A stretch of 63,984 nt of DNA, the filler included, from Choristocarpus tenellus KU-1152 (taxonomy: Eukaryota > Protista > Phaeophyceae), in NCBI GenBank assembly GCA_964200185.2. It is 12 parts of 12 records of this genome, joined end to end, with 100 filler letters (N's around TTAATTAATTAA, not from the genome) between each part and the next. Parts side by side here need not be neighbours in the genome. Positions count along the whole stretch, not along the records: positions 11,493 to 14,074 come from CAXNAD020026562.1; positions 14,175 to 16,936 come from CAXNAD020024972.1; positions 17,037 to 21,062 come from CAXNAD020016609.1; positions 21,163 to 29,490 come from CAXNAD020004853.1; 8 more parts are not named here. One strand, 5' to 3'. The translations under genes and the position numbers were made by a program. Below, piece after piece: positions 14,016-24,700 of this stretch; positions within the stretch are counted from its first letter, which is position 1, and each line of letters starts with the position of its first letter. The notes beneath the pieces were generated by a model that made no database searches, was not told where the DNA came from, and saw nothing but the letters and a program-made list of their open reading frames with translations.

Positions 14016-14074
14016 GGCTCAAAGCATCTTGGGGGTGGGGGGGGGGGAAGTCTACACCAGGGTGTCCATTCGGG
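14016..14074 (+). mobile_element. MITE family A, left end cut by contig break
   Basis: GGCTCAAAGCATCT-polyG-TCTACACCAGGGTGTCCATT matches the full copies at 30315, 46969, 47489. Other truncated ends: 11493-11514, 17071-17095, 32602-32680, 32781-32831, 45695-45845, 61450-61538. Confidence 0.8.
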
Positions 14075-14174
14075 NNNNNNNNNNNNNNNNNNNNNNNNNN
14101 NNNNNNNNNNNNNNNNNNTTAATTAATTAANNNNNNNNNNNNNNNNNNNNNNNNNNNNNNNNNNNNNNNNNNNN

Positions 14175-14352
14175 CACTCCGGTATGTCCTTATCCCCTTC
14201 GTGTACAATCCATCTTCCAGCTCGATAACATCTCCAGGGAGAGCCAGTTCCAGAGCATCGGTGAGTGACGGGGTGCTGTTGGGGGAGACCTCATATACCT
14301 CGGCAACTGCTCCCACCGCGAACGTCAAAAGGGTTAGCCATGGCACTAACAT
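14175..14352 (-). CDS. Secreted right-handed parallel beta-helix (pectin-lyase-fold) protein, N-terminus only
   Basis: Signal peptide MLVPWLTLLTFAVGAVA|E followed by SLTDALELALPGDVIELEDGLY, the classic cap motif (xxAxPGDxIxLxxGxY) of beta-helix polysaccharide-active enzymes; runs into the contig end. Confidence 0.7.
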
Positions 14353-16886
14353 TCCTCTTGATCATGCACCTGGATGTGCGCTATCATCACCGCTTATCTG
14401 CAGAATGACAGTTATCCCTCAAGTCACTGGAGACCGTGTAACTGCTTGCCCTGATTATTAAATGAAATGTAGAGGTTCAACATTATTGTACTTTCTCCAC
14501 ATATAAATTCTAGTATGTGGAAAGAACTTTGATATAGATCGAAAATATATTAACAAGATGAATGGATGAATGATGAAATATAAGGTAGTGATATGAACTG
14601 ACATTCTGATATTCGAAATTTGGAAATATAATCTGAATTAAAAAAATTTCACATTTGATGATTTTTATATATTACTCTGTTCGGGATAATTTTGTACGTT
14701 CACTTTGACCTATACTACTAATTTATATAATATTTATTTCAATATCATTCATCATATTTAAGAACAATACCAATATAATTCAATGAAGTATATTATAATT
14801 ATTATCTTCATTTTAGTGTAAGGCTATTCTGAACAGATCAACACACATACATATCAACCTGTATTTATAGAAGACCTCTAATAGACCTGGTTGATTGTAT
14901 TGAAGATTACGTCAGATAATCATACTACCATACATTTATGTACACTGTTGTAGACATCTAAAGACCACAATAATAACAGTAGTGAGACTTCGAACGAATA
15001 CTTGAACAAGAGAGAACAGTCCTCCTTCCTAGTTCCTACTCTCTCTACTACTATATTATGTAGAATATAAGGTTCTCAAAATATTCGTTCTTCGAACCGA
15101 GCACTGACCCTCACTCCCTCTCAAACCTTCTACGATACCACCCACCTCACCAACATTCGTTCATCCACTCTATTAAAATTGTATTTGAGAGGTTTTAATA
15201 AATCTTCAAATAAATTATGATAAATTCTAAGAACTACTTGACGTAAAAAATCTATTTGTAGGTTAGAAATTTCTGAAAACGAATTCGTAAACAAAAAATC
15301 TAACAAAGTGATACTCATGTATAGGTAACGTACGTTGGAGGTATAACAGCAATGTATACACGTGAATCGAGGCCACTGTGAAATGGATTAAAACAAGCCG
15401 ACAGGTTCTTCGTACTGAAGGCGAGTGGGAAGAGGCAAGGAAAAAGAGAGAGACAAGTCAAGAGAGAGAGCAGTCTCTCAGAACATTACTCAGGAAAAGA
15501 GTGAACAAGTGGGAAGTGAATGAGGGGGGTTTGTAAGGTCCCCTTAAACCACCCGCTATTTACTTCAAGCAGATGTTACCTTCAACATGCAAAAACAAAT
15601 GCTGTTATGAATATCAGATTCTTCTAGATAGATTACCTTCAGGGTATACCTTCTTTGGAAGATGGCTCTCACATACATAGGAATATGATTTCCTACGTCG
15701 AAGGGAGTAAATATATTTTAGAGAGATTTCTTTCACACACATTTACCACAACGGTTACTTTTACAGGAGTCCTTACAATATTCATTTAAATTTCTCCCTG
15801 ACAAATCTCCAAAATACCACAGAGTATATAATAGTATAATATAGTAGGTTGGAAAGGAGTACAAACTGAAAAACGTAGAGGTTACTTTTGTTTCTATTTG
15901 ATTCATAATAATGCATACGAATTCCAAATAAAACTAAAGCATGAACAAAACTCAACTTCCACGACGACATCGGTTCAATATCCTTGGGTATTATATCTGG
16001 TCAAACTGGAAGAGGTAGTGGTGGGTACCCTTGTTGTGGAAACAGTGTATAGAGTGGTGGGGTGAGGTGATGAATTGAAATTGTGTGATTCTGGCAGTAT
16101 CAGCACCAACAGCACCAACAACAGTTGTAGTAGTAGTGGCATGGGGTAAGACGTTTGAATCATATGGTGGTGTGCTTTGGATATATCTCGCCTGTGTGGT
16201 ATCCTATGTTTTGAAATAGTCCGATATTGTTACAGGTTTCCTGGTTCCAGTTCTCTTTTTAACACCATTCGGAATAACAACAACAACAACAGTGGCGATG
16301 TGTACATCATGTATGTGAAATATTCCATTACCAACCGTGACAATGTATACAAAAGCTCAAATGTTATTCTCCCAGAGGAAGAATCAGAGCAGGGGGTCAC
16401 CATTGGGGTCCTTGTGAATAGCATGCCAGCAATCCTTCAAAGTGAAACCCTGGCACAGGTCAAAATGGAGAGGTCTTCCATCAGGTGGTTGATATAATCT
16501 AATAAGCCAACACGAAACGTATGACTAAGCAAGATGAACATTTATCATTATTATGGTTCATTTTATGATGTGTGATTGGTTATATCTGGTATCCACCCAT
16601 CCTTCCTTGTTCGTTACCTTGTGTCGATGGATCCATACTGCTGATGATGTACTTGAAGGTGTTCCGTAGTTGTAGAGGGTAAAACGAGTTGATTGCAATG
16701 AGCGATAAATGACACTACAGAAGAAGAAACTGTACGATAAACGCAAACACATGGCGGATAATTCATCAGTGGTTCACCTGGAAGATTGATCACGAAGGGA
16801 AGTCACATTCTTCTTATTTAATATGTTAGGTAGGGGATGGGGTTGAGTAATAAGCGAACAGGAATCAAAGACGCTCTCAAAGGTAA

Positions 16887-16936
16887 GAGCGAAAGTATCT
16901 TAGAGGGTACGAGTTTTGCCCTGTTTGTCCATTTGG
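16887..16936 (-). mobile_element. MITE family B, partial at contig end
   Basis: GAGCGAAAGTATCTTAGAGGGTACGAGTTTTGCCCTGTTTGTCCATTTGG, nearly identical to 24464-24513. Confidence 0.8.
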
Positions 16937-19396
16937 NNNNNNNNNNNNNNNNNNNNNNNNNNNNNNNNNNNNNNNNNNNNTTAATTAATTAANNNNNNNN
17001 NNNNNNNNNNNNNNNNNNNNNNNNNNNNNNNNNNNNGTCTATAGTGTACCAGCAGCACTAACTACGAACACCCCCCCCCCAAGATACTTTGAACCTGACC
17101 CTAACCAGAAGTATTCCAAATCTTCTTTCAGAAATGAATTTCATCATCTTCAAACGCTATGGACAACGTGGCACAGACTTATGGCATGGAGGTAGTACGT
17201 TTTTAGTTCGATCATAAATTTTGCACAGGCAGGCACAGCCTCACCCTTAGCCATACCCCACCACCCCTTCTACCCAGGCATATTATATCCCTATTTCCCT
17301 GGCACAGCACCCACATGCGCCACTCTTCCTTTCCTCTCGTGGCTGCTGGACCATAGTTAATACAAATTGATGGAGCTTCCCCTCCGGTTTCCCCCCCTCC
17401 TTGTTACCGAATCACGTCATTGCACCCTGCAATACATCGTCCTTGCTATAGAATGTCGACAGTGTCCCATTTTGGTGGCAGTTAGACAGGAGTACTATAT
17501 GGAAAGAATATTGCTTGACATCATCGATGCAACAGGTTAATCTGAGCGCGTGTAATTCTCTAGACGACGAGGATGTAACTCTTTCGATAAAGCGTAAATG
17601 AACCAACCACAGAAGGAGATATTGTTGCGAAGGGACACCTCGGAGAGAGAAAGAGTATCTTCGTCACATGTTGGTCCATTAACGGATACGAACGCATCAA
17701 ACACAAATAGAGCGAATGTCACATTTTCCCCTTGGTTCCTTGCATCTCACAGCTCCCACCACCAATGTTGACCACGCATGGAAGGTCTGATGGGGGGAAA
17801 TCCTTGCCCTTATGAGCCCACATAGATTTTGAATGACACTCCCACATATTGTCCATTTCGAGTGACAGGAAGTAGGTTAAAAATATGTATTCGTTGAGAT
17901 GAGTGCCTACATATCGCAGTGTCTGGTACGCTGAGAGAGACCTTATCACACCGGGAGCAATGGCTGCAAACAGAGGGGCAAACAGTGCCAAACTGCTAAC
18001 GAACATCATTCAACTGAAGGTAAGAGGTGCGGAAACCAAGTGAAATAAAGGAATACTCTTCTACCATGTGTGGCATTGGGCGCAAGCAAAGGCAAGTGTG
18101 GTATCCCCCAATGCAAGCAACTCCCAATATTCTGCAAAAGCAACCATACCCAGCAGGTCCGTTGGTCTTGCTTAGGTCACTATTTCCCAGGTTTCTAAAT
18201 CACGTGGCGAGAAAACAACTGTGCCCACCAGGTCTGTCCATCTCGTTTTGGTTCACTGCACCTTAGAGTCTATGACACACAGCACAACAACAACTGTACC
18301 CACCAGGTCTGTCGATCTTGTTTGGGGTCGCTTGCTGTGTTCCTCGATCAAATCAAATTGCTTCACTTCCCTCCCCAAAAATAATAATGATGTAACCCCC
18401 TGCCGTTTCTCAGTGGAACTCAAACGGGGAGCACTAAAAATAACAAATATTTTTTGGGATTGTATTTGGTTGTCATTTCCTGAAGGAAAGTGCGCATGAA
18501 GGGGCGAAATAAAGCTCTTATAGTGTTGGGGTTGAAGGCTGGCCTTGACCAAAACTTAAGACCAGATTCCGGTCTCCACCCTACTTACACCCCCCCTTCA
18601 GAACACATACATTGAAACCTCCAAAAGAAACTTTGAGTCCCCGCACATGTACATAGAGCTTTTGCACACATAGACAGGTTGGGTAGCATCTTCCCACATT
18701 CCTTACTGGAACGCCCTTCAATTATGGGTCGTGGCACATCCTACTGAATAATGGTTACTACCCACTGACTAAGTTTCACTTTCAACTACCACCCGTCACT
18801 CCTGAATTCTGCGGGTTTCTGATAAAAAACAGGGGGAAATATATATATTATCTTGCTGGTGACAACTCCAATTTCAATCAACGTAAATGTCTGATCTAGG
18901 CTCAAAATCGTTTGTCCTCCAATTTTTTTGCTCATTTGGTACCCTGACGAGAAAGAAGAAAGAAGAAAAGAGAGAGGAGTAGAAACAACTCAGATGGTAT
19001 TATTATATTTAAGTGTATATGTGTGGGTAGTGAGGAGAAGTTGATCTGGGGTCTATTGCGCCAACGCACCAACACAAAATAAACTCGAGTCAAACAAGTT
19101 ACCTGTCCATTTAATCCGAAGATCACTCGTCATACACTGCAGAAAAGAAAGGAGGCAGAAAGAAAGAAAGGGACAAAAGAAAAATTCAGCCCCACGCTAA
19201 ACAAATTATTAACAGTGACAAAGAGAAAATAGCATTCTGGAGACAAACGGCAATGACGGTTGTGATGAGTGTGCATGTGGCTTGGTCTATTTGCTTCGGT
19301 TACATTTGCCTCCACTTTGGGATTATATATATATATCACCCATCATAGCATAGCGATAGCAAAAAATATCCTGGGGAGAGCAGAACATAGTTCTTG

Positions 19397-19562
19397 TGTT
19401 ACAGGCGAATAGCTCGAGCATTTCTTCTTGTGTTCTAACAAATGCTCGCATTTGTTACACACGAATAGCGCAAGCATTTCTTCTCACGTTTTAGAAAACA
19501 CCAACATCTGTGACAGGCGAATAGTGCGAGCATTTTTCTCGCGTTCTAACAAGTACGAACAA
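19397..19562. repeat. Degenerate tandem repeat, 3 x 56 bp
   Basis: Units start TGT(T/G)ACA(GG/CA)CGAATAG..GCATTT..CT at 19397, 19453, 19509. Confidence 0.8.
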
Positions 19563-20101
19563 TATACGAGATTAGTAACACATAGGTGTAGCCTTACAAA
19601 ATAGATGCTGATTTCGTAGAAGATACAGAGTAAGATTCGTAATGCATATTACAGAAGAAAACGTCAAAGTGTCTAAGAAGTGGCAGAATAAAGGTTTATA
19701 ATTGGAGTACGTATAGAGCAGTTGCACAGAAGACTATAGAAATTGGGAGGATGAAGAAAATAATAAGAGGGCTTTAGGTCAAATTAATTTCCCCTCTTAA
19801 ATCAGTCTTTTATCTTCAACGAAGCATTGAGTCGAGCTTTGAGCTAAGCACTGAGTGGAGTATCAAGAGAAGGCTGTCTGACACCCAACAACCTGTTATC
19901 AAGGGCAACATCCCCATAGCGTCGTTTTAAGGTTGTTGGATTAGAGGTACACATCCTGTGGAGGTGAGTTCTGGGGCACGCCGTAACACTTGTATTTTGC
20001 AAGGACGACAGTGATTTTGAGTTGAGGCGAACTTTGTATTTGGTTCTGTACTAGAGTCTGGAGTATGCATATTACTATTAATTACTTTTTACTATGGAGT
20101 A

Positions 20102-21062
20102 CCTCCTCCGTTCGGAATTAAATGTAACATATATTTTGCAGCCCTGATGAAAAGGCTTTTATTTTTTCACATATCCATACGTTATGGGTGTATGGTAAAG
20201 ACACTAAAACGTTGCCCACAAAAATCTCAACCAAATTGGGCCAGCCTACACTTATCCATGATTCCGCCCTCAAAGCCCTCCAAAATTCCATTCCAGCACG
20301 GTATTTCACCGCATCCGCCTGGGTATTCAAGGGGGAGCTTGCCCGCCTTCTCAGCCTTTTCCTTGCTAAGATGGCGAATTTTGAAGACGCTGTTACCCTT
20401 GGACCCCAGCTCTTCACTGCAGACTCCAAAAATGCTCTGCCAGATGCGCTCTAGTGTCTCCTGCAAGTACATATTAAACGCCTCCATTGTGACCTCCAAC
20501 AACTTCTCTGTGTTGGTCACTCCCACGTCTTCCTTCAGTTGCTGAATGGAATGAGAGAATCCGAGGTCGTTGATGTTGAGGTGAGGTAAGGTGAGTTGGC
20601 TGGCTGGGTCTATATGACAATGTCATCCCCCATCGCCTCCTCAATTACCTCCATGATCCCCCCGTCGGTGTGTGGCTTTGCCCTGTCCTGCTGAACGAGG
20701 ATGGTGTGTCCTTCCGGCCTAGGCATGCGAGCCTTGATTGCTGGGATAACATCCTCCATCATGACCTTTTTACACCTCTCCCTGTACACAGTGACTGGCA
20801 TAGGCACCTTGGTTCCCTTTGGGTGGTGATTGCTGGAGTGCTGAGGGACCTCAGTGTCTACCATTGGCCAGATCCTGATCTTTCCATCGAACCACACCTC
20901 ATTGGAGAGCTTCCTACGGCAGGCCACAGATGCAAGGAACATCATCTTCGTGATATATCGCTTGTTCTATGCCCATTAGGGGTTTGGGGGATCCTCAATG
21001 AGGTGCAGGTACACACCTTGCCCATTTTTGAGGATGTAGAACCACTTCTCGTCCACGTACAC
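20102..21062 (-). mobile_element. Tc1/mariner transposon (plant/oomycete Stowaway-associated type), transposase pseudogene with 3' TIR
   Basis: Minus strand reads VYVDEKWFY..*..*NKRYITKMMFLASVA..FDGKIRIWP..VIPAIKARMP..VQQDRAKPH..*TQPANSPYL(frameshift)NINDLGF..GNSVFKIRHLSKEK..GKLP. It ends at TA|CCTCCTCCGTTCGGAATTAAATGTAAC (20100-20128), like the Stowaway TIR CTCCCTCCGTTC with a TA target. Three in-frame stops plus frameshifts. Confidence 0.9.
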
Positions 21063-21163
21063 NNNNNNNNNNNNNNNNNNNNNNNNNNNNNNNNNNNNNN
21101 NNNNNNTTAATTAATTAANNNNNNNNNNNNNNNNNNNNNNNNNNNNNNNNNNNNNNNNNNNNG

Positions 21164-21218
<55 letters not shown>

Positions 21219-21740
21219 CGGGGATGGGGCAACACGAGATAGAAGCAGGCCTTGGGGAAAGTGTAGCAGGAGGTTTCTAACGATGGGCTCATGGGGAATA
21301 GCCTAGCCTCAGAGGTACAAAACGAGTCAAGTCAATCGATAAAAATGGCGGTTGAGGTATTTTGACCATGGTCGAATGAACAAGGCCAATAAAAAAAAAA
21401 GAAGACCCATAGACTCAATCCGCTCACGGGCAACGCCTCTACATGGAATCGAATACCACGAGGAGAGTCCAGAGAGTGTGGGTGCGGCAAGGTACTTGAC
21501 AACAAAAAAAAAAACTGAAATATTATTTTTGGAACTGAAGTTACAGAACGGGGTAAATAGGTTGATTCCCCAGTACATAAATGTAAAAGAAAAAAAATTG
21601 AAACCGCATAGTTGGGAGGAAGCCACTCGACACCAACGTCTGTAACGTTCCTAGGGGAGGGACACGAAAAAAGATGATGTTATGAAATTTTTGTATCACT
21701 TTCTTCACCAAGCGCAGAGATGAAACCCTCATTTTCTCAC

Positions 21741-24700
21741 CTCCACGGCAGCGAAGGCCACCAGGCGTTCTGCAAATGTGGCGTTGCTGCCTATCCACCG
21801 TATTGCCCAATCAGCTGTAAAGACAAAAAAATAAAAATAGAGAGGAGGAGAAGGAGGAGCAATTTGTACAAAATTTAGGGGGAGGGTAAGGGGTGGGGGG
21901 AGGAACGTTTTGTGAAGATGGGCAAAGTCTTTCTACTACGTACCATGATATCTATCATTCAAGCAAGGACTGTAAAAGTTGTAATAATCTACTGCACTAT
22001 AAGAGCACAGCACATCACAGCACAGCACAGCTCAGCTCAGCACAAAGACAATCCCCCCCCCCCCACCACCCACAAGTTGGAGTCATTGCACAATCCAAAG
22101 GCGTTTGCGCTTGAGATCCTTTTGCTCTTTCTCAGTCCCTATATCGGACTATGCAACCCACCTCATCCCAACACTTTGTTCAGGTGCACAGAGGGTGAGA
22201 ACCATGCGACTCATGGAGGTAGTAGTACTTGCTCAAATAGAATAAATCCAATGCGCTATGTGCTGGCACGTTATGCATGTATATGCCTATCCACACACAT
22301 CCACACACACACACACACACATGTGTTTTTATCCCCTATGTAGCATAAGCGCCAAACACATACACCCAGAAAAAAAAAATGATTCCTCCACTCTGTCCTT
22401 CCCCGACCACACCCACATTTATTTTCAGCAAAAAAGCACCCAGTTACTCCCGAAACAAACTCACTCACGGAGTAAGGCAACTTGAATAGTCCATGACCTA
22501 CCTTTGCGCTTGACACAAGGAATGTTATTGTATGCATTGAACAAGTGCTCCCTCTCCTTCCTGTCCTTGATGTACGTGTCCAGCAGCAACGCATACCTAA
22601 CACAAACAAACAAACAAACACACAAGCACCAACTTCAAGCTTAGCCAATGAAGGCATCACCTCCAGCAACCACGAGAGATTAGTTCTCAGCAAGAGGGAG
22701 GGAGGGAGGTTGTCTAAACAACGTTAACCCAAGCGCTGGACGCGAAGAAGTCAATCCTAACCCTAATCCTAACCCTAACCCTAACCCCAACTATAATGCT
22801 AACTACAACTAACTGCTGACCGTTTGTCGAGATGTTAAAAAAAAAAAAGTACAGTCAGAAGACAACTAGAAAAAGAAAAATGTAGAGGTGACTCGGAAGG
22901 GGCGAATAACGAATAAGAGATTCAAGTCAAATCTAGGTTACGTCAAACAAGCAGTTGCCAAGGAAAGCGGGGGTCTCGGGGGGATTTCTCTCAAGATAAA
23001 AATAAAAAAAGGAAAGTCCTAGTAGTGCCGAGTGATGCATAGCAAACAGGTGCTGACAGTTGGAAAACATGAAAAAAATAAGATTGCCACACACACACAC
23101 ACACACACACACATGTATATATATATATATATAGAGAGAGGTCTGTACAAAGAGATAATTTCTTCATGCTTGCTCGGTAGAAAAATTGACACACACAAAA
23201 ATTCAAAACAACCTCTGCACAATCTTCCACTTCATATCGTTCTATGTTGTGTCATGATAAAAATGTCATTTGGTGCTTGAATAGCAGGCACCCTTGCCCC
23301 TCCCTTCCCCCTTCCCACTTCCCCCACATCGCAACCATCAGTAACAATCAAACGTTCTGATATTTGAATCCCCACGTACATTGAACATGCTACAATATAG
23401 TACCAACCAAAATGATCACCATGAAGATACTTCATGATTCAAAGTCAGATAGAAGTATGAGATTTGCTTGCTTTGCAACCCAGGAAGTGATCAATGTTCT
23501 TTTTACTTTTTTTATGTTTTATTTCTTCAGGCATATCCAATAGCAAACCGCAATAGCAAAACAATGAAAATTAATACAAAATCTACCCCAAACGCCTTCC
23601 CCCCTTCCGTGTAAACCTCCTGTCTCACATCTCTTGGTGAATGGACTCCATTGCTATCTGAAAGCTGTAGAAACATCTTGCCTCCGGGAGCTGAATCTCC
23701 TGACTGAACCGCTCCACCTGCAAAAATAAAAAACATTATTTTATTATTTGCAAATGCGAACCAAACCCCAACGCCAACAGTATTTCACAAAACCAACCTC
23801 TTACACCTCACAGTCACACCCAGTCGACCCAGAGAGCGCTGCCGCTCCAATCAGTAACTTCTTTCAACTTTTTAAATTTATTTTATTTCATTTTATTTGA
23901 TACACCTTAGTTTTTATTAACCACAAAACAACAAATGGAACTACCACACCATCATGAAATCGTACTGTCGTACAACAACAAAAAGTTAAAAAAAACCTGC
24001 AGCAAAAAAAAAAAAGCCAGCCGAATGGAATGATGAAACCCTCTCCTCCCTCAAAAATAAAACACTGCAATGATCAATTACTCTGTAAAAAAAAACAAAC
24101 CCGAAGGCATGTAGGTATATATATATATATATTAATATTTATTTATGTGTATCTATTTTTCCTCATACAACGAATGTATAGCTCACACAATACAACTCAA
24201 AAAAGCGTTGTAGCACTGTACACGGCGAGATGTTGCCTGCCTAGATGACGGGCAACTGGACGTCACAAGACCAAATCGAGTTTTAAGGAGTTGCCAAGCA
24301 ACAGGCGTTGCATAGCAAATGAACCCCCTAGCGCTGTCCACAATATCGGACATGGCGGATTTATATATATATTTTTTCATTTAGACACTTTTTTTTTTTC
24401 ATTTATCACTCTCTCGCTGGAAGTAAAAACACCAAACCAATCATGCAGAACAATAACAACAACGAGTGAAAGTATCTTAGAGGGTACGAGTTTTGCCCTG
24501 TTTGTCCATTTGAGGCTTTGGCTTCTCTTGGGGGTTTTCATCACATTTTTCTACTCCAAAATGTTTAGGAGTAGGTAAAATGTATATGATATGAAAAGGT
24601 GTGTCCAGAACACGGATATTTACACTTCCTAACAAACACAATAGCCAAAATTACAAAAAAAAATCAGCATGGGATTTTGGCCGCCAAATGGACGCGGCTT

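Noticed and set aside
19397-19562. CRISPR-like array
   Set aside because: Only three units, similar along their whole length; no repeat-spacer alternation.
21163-21218. Long poly-G as a G-quadruplex element
   Set aside because: At a contig edge; length is unreliable and may be a sequencing artefact.
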